A stretch of 43,659 nucleotides of DNA. Origin: Dehalococcoidia bacterium UBA4060 (GTDB taxonomy: Bacteria; Chloroflexota; Dehalococcoidia; GIF9; UBA5629). Below are positions 24,076-33,014 of this stretch, piece by piece. Under the pieces are notes generated by a model that worked only from the letters and a program-made list of their open reading frames with translations, ran no database searches and was not told the DNA's origin. The position numbers and the translations under genes are program-made. The stretch lies in assembly GCA_002383665.1 (NCBI GenBank), contig DFZI01000047.1:1-43659 (forward strand), read 5' to 3'. Every line of letters starts with the position of its first letter. Positions within the stretch are counted from its first letter, which is position 1.

Positions 24076-25077
24076 ATGCTTATATCCGAAGCGGGTGAGA
24101 CGGGTCTTATCAGCAAAATCATGCGGTTGATCAACCGCATGGGTCAGAAGCAATCCCCCTGCGACAGCCAGCTCATCATCGGTATGGGGGACGATACAGC
24201 CGCCTGGAAACAGAGGGGGGGCATAGAGCTGGCCACCACCGATATGCTGGTAGAGGGCATCCACTTCGATCTGTCGCACATAAGCTGGCACGACCTCGGC
24301 TGGAAAGCAATTGCCGTCAATATTAGCGACGTTGCCGCCATGGGAGGCCGGCCCTGCTACGCCCTCATCTCCCTGGCTCTGCCCGCACACCACAGAGTGG
24401 AAAACGTACTATCTATGTACAGGGGCATAATTGAAATCTGCAACCTTTACGGAGTAACCATAGCGGGCGGCAATATCTCCGCTGCTGACAAGCTTTCCAT
24501 AACCGTCGCTATGACCGGCAATTGTGAAGGTTACCCCATGGTACGGTCGGCTGCTGCAGCAAGGGATCTAATAGCAGTTACAGGCTACCCCGGCCTGTCT
24601 GCTGCCGGCCTGCAGGCTGCTTCATCGTCAATACATCTGTCCCCTACCGCCAGGAAACTTTTTTACAACGCCCATTTTCACCCATCCCCCCAGATAGAGG
24701 CGGGCGAGGCACTATCAGCGCTGGGTGTAAAAGCCACTATCGATATCAGTGATGGCCTGCTGATCGATCTCGGACATATCTGCGAGGCGAGCAAGAAAAG
24801 TGCTGTTATCTACGCAGGTTCCATCCCCTGTCACCCTCTGCTCAAACGCTACTTCCCTCATGATTACCTGCAACTGGCACTTTCGGGAGGGGAAGACTAC
24901 TGCCTGCTTTTCACCGCGGACAGCAACACCCTGAGAAAGGCAAGATCAAGGCTGTCTCTCCCGGTTAACGTCATAGGCGAGATAACTTCAGCTAAAACAG
25001 GCAAGGTAACTGTCCTGGACAGGCAGGGGAAGGAAATTAAAATGGATCACAGAGGATGGGACCACTACAGATCTTAA
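24076..25077 (+). CDS. thiL: Thiamine-monophosphate kinase
   Basis: GETGLISKI...IGMGDDTAAW, DMLVEGIHFD, NISDVAAMGG and SGGEDY motifs. Confidence 0.85.
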   Translation: MLISEAGETGLISKIMRLINRMGQKQSPCDSQLIIGMGDDTAAWKQRGGIELATTDMLVEGIHFDLSHISWHDLGWKAIAVNISDVAAMGGRPCYALISLALPAHHRVENVLSMYRGIIEICNLYGVTIAGGNISAADKLSITVAMTGNCEGYPMVRSAAAARDLIAVTGYPGLSAAGLQAASSSIHLSPTARKLFYNAHFHPSPQIEAGEALSALGVKATIDISDGLLIDLGHICEASKKSAVIYAGSIPCHPLLKRYFPHDYLQLALSGGEDYCLLFTADSNTLRKARSRLSLPVNVIGEITSAKTGKVTVLDRQGKEIKMDHRGWDHYRS

Positions 25078-25087
25078 AAGGTTTCGT

Positions 25088-25591
25088 ATGGAGAGCAAAT
25101 TGACAGTCTATACGGGCAGTCCCCAGGAGACCCGCAATCTGGGCAGGCTGCTGGGCAGCCTAGCCTCCGGTGGCGAGGTATATCTCCTCACCGGCAACCT
25201 CGGCACAGGCAAGACCCACCTGGTACAGGGCATCGGCTTTGGACTTGGCGTAAAGGAATATGCCTGTAGCCCCTCTTTCATGATCGCCAGGGAATACCAT
25301 GGGCGACTGATGCTTTACCACCTCGACCTGTACCGTCTGGACAGGATCGAAGAGATCGTCGACATCGGTGTAGAGCAATATTTTAACAACAATTCCGTCT
25401 GTGCTATAGAATGGGCTGAAAAGGGCAGCGGTGTTCTGCCTGCGGAGAATCTCTCAATCGAGCTCGAAGACCTGGGCAGCGATAAACGCCGCATCACCTT
25501 CATCTCCCACGGTGAGCGTTATTCAGAACTGGTCCGGAGGCTAAGAGAATCCCTTGGCCACAAGAGCGAGGTAGCATGGAACTTTCAATAG
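25088..25591 (+). CDS. tsaE: tRNA t6A37 biosynthesis ATPase TsaE
   Basis: LLTGNLGTGKTHLVQGI Walker A, YHLDLYRL and IEWAEK. Confidence 0.85.
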   Translation: MESKLTVYTGSPQETRNLGRLLGSLASGGEVYLLTGNLGTGKTHLVQGIGFGLGVKEYACSPSFMIAREYHGRLMLYHLDLYRLDRIEEIVDIGVEQYFNNNSVCAIEWAEKGSGVLPAENLSIELEDLGSDKRRITFISHGERYSELVRRLRESLGHKSEVAWNFQ

Positions 25592-26256
25592 ATACATCAA
25601 CTGACTGGGGCGGGCTCGCCCTTTCACGACAGGGAGAGCTTCTAGCTGAGATCATCTGGAAGCCGGGTCAGAACCACACCGTTGAACTTTACCCCAATAT
25701 CACCAAGCTGTTGGAAACCGCCAGCGCTGATCTACAAACAGTTACGGCTATATTCGTTGCCATCGGGCCTGGTAGCTTTAACGGATTACGTGCCGGCATC
25801 AGTGCCGCCAAGGGGTTATCCTTTGAGCTTAATGTCCCCCTTAAAGGCATTGGCACACTAGCTATCGAAGCCTATCCCTTTGCCTTTACCTCCCTTCCCA
25901 TATGTCCCCTTCACGACGCCGGTCGCGGCGAGGTCGCTGCCGCTCTTTACAAGTTCAACAACGAATGGCAATGCCTGATAGAGGAACATATCACTACCAT
26001 TGATAAACTGCCGGCGGAAATCATGGAAACAACCGTATTTTGTGGGGAGTTGAGCGAGACATCCCTTATCTCCTTGAGATTGGTGATGGGAGAAAAGGCT
26101 ATAATACCTAGCCCGGAAGCACGACAGCGAAAGCCTTCGATGCTGGCAGCGCTGGGCTGGCAACGACTGCAATCAGATGGCCCTGACAACCTCGCCTCAC
26201 TTCAGCCAATTTATCTGCGCCAGCCACCTATAACACAGCGCAAGAAGAAGTACTGA
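25576..26256 (+). CDS. tsaB: tRNA t6A37 biosynthesis protein TsaB
   Basis: LSIDTSTDWGGLAL and GPGSFNGLRAGISAAKGL. Overlaps tsaE by 16 nt. Confidence 0.8.
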   Translation: MELSIDTSTDWGGLALSRQGELLAEIIWKPGQNHTVELYPNITKLLETASADLQTVTAIFVAIGPGSFNGLRAGISAAKGLSFELNVPLKGIGTLAIEAYPFAFTSLPICPLHDAGRGEVAAALYKFNNEWQCLIEEHITTIDKLPAEIMETTVFCGELSETSLISLRLVMGEKAIIPSPEARQRKPSMLAALGWQRLQSDGPDNLASLQPIYLRQPPITQRKKKY

Positions 26257-26328
26257 CTATCACCGTCACAACATCCTTCGTGTAACAGCGGTTAACAGGC
26301 AGCGATTATAAATGGCAACGGATATATA

Positions 26329-26337
26329 TGGTAAAAT
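26329..26337 (+). promoter_or_regulatory. Candidate extended -10 (TGgTAAAAT) for ndk
   Basis: It overlaps the listed upstream ATG at 26328, which supports the ATG at 26373 as the true ndk start. Confidence 0.35.
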
Positions 26338-26372
26338 ATGCGCCGGAGAATAAACTCAATAACGAGGACAAA

Positions 26373-26825
26373 ATGGAAAAGACACTCATTTTAGTCAAAC
26401 CTGACGGGGTGCAGAGGTGCCTGGCAGGGGAGATATTATCAAGGCTGGAAAGGCGCGGTTTAAAGATCGTTGCTTTAAAGATGCTCCGGATGGACAGAGC
26501 ACTGGCGGAAAAGCACTATGCCATACATAAAGAGAAGCCTTTCTTCGAGGATCTTGTTAGCTTCATTACTTCAGGTCCCATTATTGCAGCGGTGTTGGAG
26601 GGTGAAAAGGCCGTCGAATCCGCCCGACAAACGATGGGGGCTACCGATCCCAAGAAGGCCGCTCCTGGTACGATCAGGGCAGACCTCGGCATCAATATGG
26701 AACATAACTTGATCCACGGCTCCGATTCACCGGAAAATGCCAAGAAAGAAATCGGCATCTTTTTCCAACCGGAGGAAATACTGAGCTATCAGCGTGATAT
26801 CGACAGGTGGCTTACTGAATACTGA
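26373..26825 (+). CDS. ndk: Nucleoside diphosphate kinase
   Basis: [15 protein letters not shown] and NLIHGSDS (active-site His). 150 aa from the ATG at 26373, with a GAGGA SD. Confidence 0.9.
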   Translation: MEKTLILVKPDGVQRCLAGEILSRLERRGLKIVALKMLRMDRALAEKHYAIHKEKPFFEDLVSFITSGPIIAAVLEGEKAVESARQTMGATDPKKAAPGTIRADLGINMEHNLIHGSDSPENAKKEIGIFFQPEEILSYQRDIDRWLTEY

Positions 26826-27156
26826 GCAATCTGGGCGCCTTTACATACACGTTCTCCAGGTCGTAGAAGCTCCTCATATCCCTTGAGAATATATGTACAA
26901 CTACGCTCAGGTAATCCAGCAGTATCCACCCCGATTCTGAGCGCCCTTCGCTGCGGTACGGTATTACAGACTCTTTCCTGAGGGTATCAAGTATCTCATT
27001 GTGAATAGCATCAAGCTGACGGTCGCTTTCACCGCTGCAAATCACTATGTAATCGGTAAATGAGCAGGCACTACGCATATCGAGTAGAACCACATCCTCT
27101 GCCTGCTTATTCGAGGCAACTTCTACGCTGCAACGGGCTATATCAATCGGCTTCAG
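26812..27156 (-). CDS. rsfS: Ribosomal silencing factor RsfS (iojap family)
   Basis: [13 protein letters not shown] and [22 protein letters not shown]. The conserved N-terminal helix ([25 protein letters not shown]) lies upstream of the listed GTG at 27093. The start is probably the CTG at 27156, behind a GAGGAG. Confidence 0.7.
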   Translation of the reverse strand: MKPIDIARCSVEVASNKQAEDVVLLDMRSACSFTDYIVICSGESDRQLDAIHNEILDTLRKESVIPYRSEGRSESGWILLDYLSVVVHIFSRDMRSFYDLENVYVKAPRLLSIQ

Positions 27157-27318
27157 AAATTTCTCCTCGCTGAGATGGTTACTTTCGTATATCTCTTATT
27201 ATTATATTATAGTTAGCCTGAATTGAACAACGTCAGCTTGCCTCATCATAAAAAACAACCAGCAACCTGCTATTGATCGTGGATTAACGTATGCGCTTAA
27301 GTTTGAGGGAAATTCATT

Positions 27319-27346
27319 TTGACATTTAGACATTTTCTGTCATAAT
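27319..27346 (+). promoter_or_regulatory. Candidate promoter of the MarR-family gene
   Basis: TTGACA (27319-27324), 16 nt, CATAAT (27341-27346). The repeats GACATTT x2 and TGCAA-N9-TTGCA (27354-27372) overlap or follow it. Confidence 0.5.
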
Positions 27347-27453
27347 GCACTTATGCAAGTTAATTGATTGCAAAATCAGAATAAGGTCGGTTTTTATGAA
27401 TTCAGACTCTCAGTATCATTTAGGAAACTAAATAATAGCGGAGGAACATTGAA

Positions 27454-27927
27454 ATGGCTCAGGCTATCAAAGCGGATAAAGACTATACACTATTTTCCTA
27501 CCTGCTTCAGGTGGCAGACATTTTAATAAAAGTCAGGGAGCGCGAGCTACTCCGACAGAATCTATCGGCGACTTCAGCCCAGATATTATTCCTGGTTGAT
27601 GCGATGGGCAAAGATGTGACGCCAGCGAAAATCTCCAGGATGCTCCTGCGGGAGCCTCACTCAATATCAGGCATTTTGATGCGGATGGAAAAGCAGGGCC
27701 TCATCAAACGTGCCAAGAACATGGAAAGAAAAAACCTCATCCGTGTAACTCTGACCACAAAGGGCCAGAACGCGCTTAATCAGGCTATGAAAAAAGAGGG
27801 TATCAAGCATGTTTTGTCCAAGCTCACAGAGGAACAGCGCAGGCATCTTAAACAGGCACTGGGCGTCCTCAAAGAATCGGGCATGAAGGAACTTAAACTC
27901 AACCCCAAAGTGCTGCCCTGGCCTTAA
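27454..27927 (+). CDS. MarR-family transcriptional regulator
   Basis: About 157 aa with a wHTH pattern (SATSAQILFLVDAMGKDVTPAKISRMLLREPHSISGILMRMEKQGLIKR). GGAGGA SD. Confidence 0.75.
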   Translation: MAQAIKADKDYTLFSYLLQVADILIKVRERELLRQNLSATSAQILFLVDAMGKDVTPAKISRMLLREPHSISGILMRMEKQGLIKRAKNMERKNLIRVTLTTKGQNALNQAMKKEGIKHVLSKLTEEQRRHLKQALGVLKESGMKELKLNPKVLPWP

Positions 27928-28019
27928 GAGATAGGCCGGTTTTGTCCTGTCTGTCTTAAGTTAGTTAAAATAGGATAAAGTTCGTAATACCTGTATAGTC
28001 TTCTTATACGACCTGCTTT

Positions 28020-28047
28020 TTGTTACCGGCCCTGTATTTGCTATAAT
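28020..28047 (+). promoter_or_regulatory. Candidate promoter of ftsH
   Basis: TTGTTA (28020-28025), 16 nt, TGcTATAAT (28039-28047). AAGGTG SD 5 nt before the ATG at 28077. Confidence 0.5.
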
Positions 28048-28076
28048 AATCACAGGTTTTTCGACAAGGTGTAATA

Positions 28077-29924
28077 ATGAAAGCAAAATGGTGGCAGGGT
28101 AGCCTTCTATACCTGCTTATATTAGTTACGCTTTTGGCTCTGGCCTTTAGCCTCTTTCCCGTCAACAAGGGGCCAAAGGAAGTTGATTTTTACACTTTTT
28201 TGGACAACGCCAAGTCCAACCAGATCTCTGTGATACAGCAGGACGGGAATAATATCATAGGCGTCCAAGATGACAGGCCTGCCTTCAAAGCCGCCTTTGT
28301 CGGCAGTACCAAGGAGCTGCTGGATAGTCTCAAAGCTGAGGGCGTCAAGCTCGGCGAGGGCGGCATCAAGTTCGAGGTCGTAACCGGGGGGTTTGATTGG
28401 GGCAGCATCATGCTCAGCTTAGTGCCGCTGGTCCTCTTTGGCGCACTACTGTTTTTCCTCTTCCGTTCGGCACGCGGTGCCAATACACAAGCCTTCAATT
28501 TCGGTAAAAGCCGTGCCAGGATGGCAAGCGGTGACAAACCTGCTGTCAGCTTTGCTGATGTAGCAGGCGTGGATGAATCGAAGGGTGAGCTGCAGGAAGT
28601 GGTGGAGTTTCTCAAGTTGCCGCAGAAATTCCAAGCTCTGGGTGCACGCATACCACGCGGACTTTTGTTGGTAGGACCACCGGGCTGCGGCAAGACTCTT
28701 ATCGCCAAGGCCACGGCCGGTGAGGCGGGAGTTCCTTTCTTTTCCATCAGCGGCAGTGAGTTTGTAGAGATGTTTGTCGGCGTAGGTGCCTCACGTGTCC
28801 GCGATCTTTTCGATAATGCCAAGCGCAATGCCCCCTGTATTGTTTTCGTGGATGAGATTGATGCCGTCGGCCGCCACCGCGGTGCAGGCTTGGGCGGAGG
28901 TCATGACGAGCGCGAGCAAACGCTAAACCAGATACTTGTTGAGATGGATGGTTTCGATAGCAACACCAACGTGATCGTTCTGGCAGCCACTAACAGGCCG
29001 GACATCCTTGACCCTGCCCTGCTCAGGCCAGGGCGCTTTGACCGGCATATTGTTATCGACCAGCCCGATATCAATGGACGTAAGGCGATCCTGATGGTGC
29101 ACGCTAAGGGCAAACCGATCGTGGATAAAGAGACTGCCTTAAATATCATCGCCAGGGAGACCCCTGGGTTCAGCGGCGCCGATCTGGCCAACCTCATTAA
29201 TGAGGCCGCTATACTGGCTGCACGCCGTAACCGCAAGGATATAACCATCAAGGAAATGGAGGATGCCATTGACCGCGTCATCGCCGGACCCGAGAAGAAG
29301 GGCCGCGTCATAACCAAGAGCGAACGGGAGTTGATCGCCTATCACGAAGTTGGTCATGCTCTTGCTGCCAAGAAGTTGCCGAATGCAGACCCTGTACACA
29401 AGATCTCAATTGTAGCCCGTGGTATGATGGGCGGCTGGACCCGGTTCCTGCCCAATGAAGAGCGCCACCTTGATACCTACAACCGTTTCAAGGACAGCAT
29501 GGTGGTAGCTCTGGCCGGTCGTGCGGCAGAGCAAGTGGCCTTTAACGAACTCAGCACCGGTGCACAGAACGATCTTGAGAAGGTTACAACCATCGCCCGC
29601 CGCATGATAACCGAGTTCGGCATGAGCCGGAATCTCGGCCCCCGCACATTTGGCAAGCGCGAAGAGATGATCTTCCTGGGCAAAGAAATCCACGAGCAGC
29701 AGAACTACAGCGACAAGTTCGCAGAGGCCATCGATGAAGAGATCGAGCAACTGGTCAAGGAAGCCTATGACAAGGCCACCGAGATCATGATGGAAAACAA
29801 GGACAGGCTAAAATATGTTGCCGAATACTTGATGGAGAAAGAGACCATCGATGATGTGACCTTCGAGAAGCTGCTCAATGACCCCCTGCCGGTGGCCAGC
29901 TTTGAAGCCACCGCCGCTTCCTGA
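28077..29924 (+). CDS. ftsH: ATP-dependent zinc metalloprotease FtsH
   Basis: Two N-terminal TMs, GPPGCGKT Walker A, the SRH region and the HEVGHAL zinc site. Confidence 0.95.
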   Translation: MKAKWWQGSLLYLLILVTLLALAFSLFPVNKGPKEVDFYTFLDNAKSNQISVIQQDGNNIIGVQDDRPAFKAAFVGSTKELLDSLKAEGVKLGEGGIKFEVVTGGFDWGSIMLSLVPLVLFGALLFFLFRSARGANTQAFNFGKSRARMASGDKPAVSFADVAGVDESKGELQEVVEFLKLPQKFQALGARIPRGLLLVGPPGCGKTLIAKATAGEAGVPFFSISGSEFVEMFVGVGASRVRDLFDNAKRNAPCIVFVDEIDAVGRHRGAGLGGGHDEREQTLNQILVEMDGFDSNTNVIVLAATNRPDILDPALLRPGRFDRHIVIDQPDINGRKAILMVHAKGKPIVDKETALNIIARETPGFSGADLANLINEAAILAARRNRKDITIKEMEDAIDRVIAGPEKKGRVITKSERELIAYHEVGHALAAKKLPNADPVHKISIVARGMMGGWTRFLPNEERHLDTYNRFKDSMVVALAGRAAEQVAFNELSTGAQNDLEKVTTIARRMITEFGMSRNLGPRTFGKREEMIFLGKEIHEQQNYSDKFAEAIDEEIEQLVKEAYDKATEIMMENKDRLKYVAEYLMEKETIDDVTFEKLLNDPLPVASFEATAAS

Positions 29925-30887
29925 TCACCATTCCCTGTCTATCACAAACTCTGCCAGTGCTGCGAGCGACCTGCGGGCCTGACAATCAGGCAGCTTTTCC
30001 AGAGAATTACAGGCTTTGAGATAGAATTGCCCGGCAATCTTCCTGCAATCGTCTATCACACCCGATGAACGCACCTTCCCGACAGCCTGCGGGACCAATT
30101 CTTTCCTGCGCTGAATGATGATCTCACTGATGATACTATCAGAGGGGTTCAACTCAGAATAGATGATTGATGGCAATGTTATGGCGCCTTCACTCAGATC
30201 AGAGCCGATGGGTTTGCCGAGGATACTCTGGTCGCCCACAAAATCCAGGATGTCATCTATGATCTGAAAGGCTAAACCAAAGTTAAGAGCATAATCTTTG
30301 AGGGCGGCTACCTGGCCTTCCGGGCAACCGCTTAAAACCGACCCGCATTCAGCGGCCATGACGAACAGGCAGGCTGTCTTGTCCCTGATCCACTGATAAT
30401 AATTATCTCTGGCGCTGCAAGGGTCAAAACCGACCCTGCCTTCTCTCAACTCCCCGCCCGAGATCGTCATCAATGTCTCGGAAAAACGTTTGATCACACG
30501 CAGGTTATCGGTCATAGCTGCCAGGCTTCCGGCACGTGAAAAAAGGTAATCGCCCAGCAGGATGGCATTATTAACGCCATATTTTCGGTAGACGGCCTGT
30601 TTGCCATGGCGCATCGCCGAACTGTCGATCATATCATCATGCACCAGCGTGCCGATATGCAATACCTCTGCCGCAGCCGCCATCGGCACCAGCAGATCCA
30701 GGTCATAGTTATAGAACTTGCCGCTCAGCAATGTGACTGCCGGCCTGAGTCTTTTGCCCACGTTGAGCAGGGCAAACTCCAGCATATCGGAAAGCAGCGG
30801 TATATCGCTTCCGGCTATCTGCCCAAGCATAGCTTCAACCAGCTTGAGGTCATCTTTTACAGGACCATAGATCTCTTCCAGTGTCAT
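29925..30887 (-). CDS. Long-chain polyprenyl diphosphate synthase (hepta/octaprenyl type)
   Basis: The two Asp-rich motifs are LVHDDMID and FQIIDDILD. Confidence 0.85.
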   Translation of the reverse strand: MTLEEIYGPVKDDLKLVEAMLGQIAGSDIPLLSDMLEFALLNVGKRLRPAVTLLSGKFYNYDLDLLVPMAAAAEVLHIGTLVHDDMIDSSAMRHGKQAVYRKYGVNNAILLGDYLFSRAGSLAAMTDNLRVIKRFSETLMTISGGELREGRVGFDPCSARDNYYQWIRDKTACLFVMAAECGSVLSGCPEGQVAALKDYALNFGLAFQIIDDILDFVGDQSILGKPIGSDLSEGAITLPSIIYSELNPSDSIISEIIIQRRKELVPQAVGKVRSSGVIDDCRKIAGQFYLKACNSLEKLPDCQARRSLAALAEFVIDREW

Positions 30888-32557
30888 CCACTGCCCCCAC
30901 TTCCCAAACGGCCCATCTCCTCCTCAACGATCCTGTCTTCAAGCTTGATGAAGAGCGGTAGAGGCTGCAACAGCTTCTGGCCGGGCAGCGGCATCTGGAA
31001 CTTCCAGCCTGCAGCTCCGACATCCCCCTCAAATCCCAGGTATTTATTCAGCTTCTGAGAAGTGAAAGGCAGGAAGGGATAGAGCAGTGTCTTAAGCGCC
31101 GAAATGGCACATAGCGCAATATAAATCGACCTGCCCGCCGCCAGCCGATCCTGTCTGAGCATCTTCCAGGGCGCAGTATCATCCAGGTAGCGATTGACAT
31201 CCTGTGCCAGCGCCATAATTATTTTCAGTGCTTCCTTGAAATGGCACCGGGAGAGGTTGCGGTCGACCTCCGTAAAGGCCCTGTCTGCCTTCTGCAGCAG
31301 TCCCTTATCTGCATCATCCAGCTCGCCGGGCTCAGGCACTGCGGCATCAAAGTTTCTGCAGGCGAAGGTCAGCACGCGATGAACCAGGTTGCCATAGGTT
31401 GCCACAAGCTCATCGTTATTCCTGCGCAGGAACTCCTGCCAGGAAAAATTGGTATCGCCAGTCTCAGGCATATTGATAGACAGGTAGTAACGCAATGGGT
31501 CGGGGTCATAACGTGCCAGGAAATCCGGCAACCACACCGCCCAATTACGGCTGGTGGAAAGCTTTTTGCCCTCAATTGTCAGAAACTCATTGGCGGGAAC
31601 ATCGTATGGCAGGCTTAACCCACCATAGCCCATCAGCATGGCAGGCCAGATGATAGTATGGAAGGGGATATTATCCTTGCCGATAAAATAGTAGGCCCTG
31701 TTTTCACCAGTCCACCAGTCTTTCCAGGCTTCAGGCTTGCCCGTTGTCCTGGCCCATTCCTTACTGGCCGAGAGGTAGCCGATTACAGCCTCGAACCAGA
31801 CATAGATACGCTTCTTTTCAAAGCCGGGCTGGGGTATGGTTATACCCCATTCAATATCGCGGGTTATAGCACGATCCTTCAGTCCTCCCTCCAGAAAGCC
31901 CAGCGTAAACTTCTGCACATTAGCCCGCCAGCCGTTCCGGCTGGCGATCCACTGTCTCAGACTCTCCTCAAATGCGCTCAACTTAAAGAAAAAATGCTCG
32001 GAATCCTCAAAACGGGGTGTAGCGCCGCAGTTTCTGCAGCGCACATTAAGCAGGTCGGCAGGATTAAGCGTATGACCACACCCGTCGCACTGATCACCGC
32101 GGGCACCCTCATATCCGCACAGGGGACAGGTGCCCTCGATATAGCGGTCGGGCAAAAATCGCTGGCATTGGGGGCAATAAGCCTGTGGCATGGTATCCCT
32201 GAAAATGTACCCCTTCCCCAGCAGGGTATTAAATATATCGTGCGTAACTTCGCGGTGGTTTTCAGTATCCGTATGTGTATAAAGATCAAAGGAGATACCC
32301 AGCTTCTGCCAGCACTCCAGGAACTCCTTATGATACCTGGCTGCCACCTGTGCCGGAGTAGTATTTTCCTGTTCCGCCCTCAAAGTAATGGGTGTGCCAT
32401 GCACATCACTGCCAGAGACCATGAGGACATTGTTCCCCTTCATTCGATGGTAACGGGCAAAGATATCAGCCGGCAGATAGCAACCTGCGATATGGCCGAG
32501 ATGCAGAGAGCCGTTGGCATACGGCCAAGCAACTGCAACAAGGATACTTTCCGGCAA
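30884..32557 (-). CDS. metG: Methionyl-tRNA synthetase (short form)
   Basis: WPYANGSLHLGH (HIGH), KLSTSRN (KMSKS) and zinc knuckles CPQC...CPLC...CDGC...CRNC. Start set to the TTG at 32557, 8 nt after AAGGGGG. The listed longer ORF overlaps the upstream Cys-rich gene. Confidence 0.85.
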   Translation of the reverse strand: MPESILVAVAWPYANGSLHLGHIAGCYLPADIFARYHRMKGNNVLMVSGSDVHGTPITLRAEQENTTPAQVAARYHKEFLECWQKLGISFDLYTHTDTENHREVTHDIFNTLLGKGYIFRDTMPQAYCPQCQRFLPDRYIEGTCPLCGYEGARGDQCDGCGHTLNPADLLNVRCRNCGATPRFEDSEHFFFKLSAFEESLRQWIASRNGWRANVQKFTLGFLEGGLKDRAITRDIEWGITIPQPGFEKKRIYVWFEAVIGYLSASKEWARTTGKPEAWKDWWTGENRAYYFIGKDNIPFHTIIWPAMLMGYGGLSLPYDVPANEFLTIEGKKLSTSRNWAVWLPDFLARYDPDPLRYYLSINMPETGDTNFSWQEFLRRNNDELVATYGNLVHRVLTFACRNFDAAVPEPGELDDADKGLLQKADRAFTEVDRNLSRCHFKEALKIIMALAQDVNRYLDDTAPWKMLRQDRLAAGRSIYIALCAISALKTLLYPFLPFTSQKLNKYLGFEGDVGAAGWKFQMPLPGQKLLQPLPLFIKLEDRIVEEEMGRLGSGGSG

Positions 32558-32576
32558 CTGAGGCACCCCCTTGTCT

Positions 32577-33014
32577 TTATTTACCGGTCCTGGTAGTAAA
32601 GACGGTAAAGAACTGCTCTCCTTTTTCCTTTTTCTCCATGCCGGCTTTGCATTTTTCACAGCAGTCCCTGCAGAAGCGCAATGTTCTGCTCTCGGTCTTG
32701 GATTTTTCAAACTTGAGCAAAGCGCCCTGGTTCTTCTTGCGGAAGGTCTCACCACCCTTCTTCTTCAGACAATTATGGCAATAGACCTTTTCGGCCTCGC
32801 CCTCAATGGACAACATGTACTGTTCTCCCTTCTCAATCCTGTTACCACACTCGGAACACTCAATATCATCGATATAGACGGTCTCTTCCTTATATTTATC
32901 TGACGGCTTTTCATCAATGGCCAGATAGACCTCGCCGTGCATTATGGTACGCTCACAGCCGTCGCACTTTGCCGTGCCGATTGAGCTTGCCCCCCTGCGG
33001 AATCTCCCTTGCAT
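32577..33014 (-). CDS. Lys-rich protein with repeated CxxC zinc-ribbon / LIM-like modules
   Basis: Nine Cys residues: C17xxC20, C53xxC56, C79HNC82 and C115xxCCxxC122. There is an internal repeat, CDGCERTIMHGEVYLAID versus CSECGNRIEKGEQYMLSIE. A strong SD (AGAGGTGA) lies 7 nt before the ATG at 33014. Confidence 0.6.
   Translation of the reverse strand: MQGRFRRGASSIGTAKCDGCERTIMHGEVYLAIDEKPSDKYKEETVYIDDIECSECGNRIEKGEQYMLSIEGEAEKVYCHNCLKKKGGETFRKKNQGALLKFEKSKTESRTLRFCRDCCEKCKAGMEKKEKGEQFFTVFTTRTGK

Noticed and set aside
26328-26372. Upstream ATG giving a 165-aa Ndk
   Set aside because: Canonical Ndk begins at [11 protein letters not shown] (ATG 26373, GAGGA SD). The upstream ATG overlaps a candidate -10 box.
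28190-28828. 212-aa minus-strand ORF (Ser/Pro/Ala/Thr-rich)
   Set aside because: It is antisense to the ftsH AAA+ domain. It has low-complexity composition and no motif.
31658-32596. 312-aa plus-strand ORF
   Set aside because: It lies entirely antisense to the well-supported metG and shows no recognisable motifs. It is a typical shadow ORF.
32558-32755. N-terminal extension of the listed 623-aa MetRS ORF (MVRPSARRTRAL...)
   Set aside because: MetRS homology begins at ILVAVAWPYANG. The extension is Arg/Ser/Pro-rich and overlaps a Cys-rich ORF that has a strong SD. A TTG with AAGGGGG lies just upstream of the conserved core.
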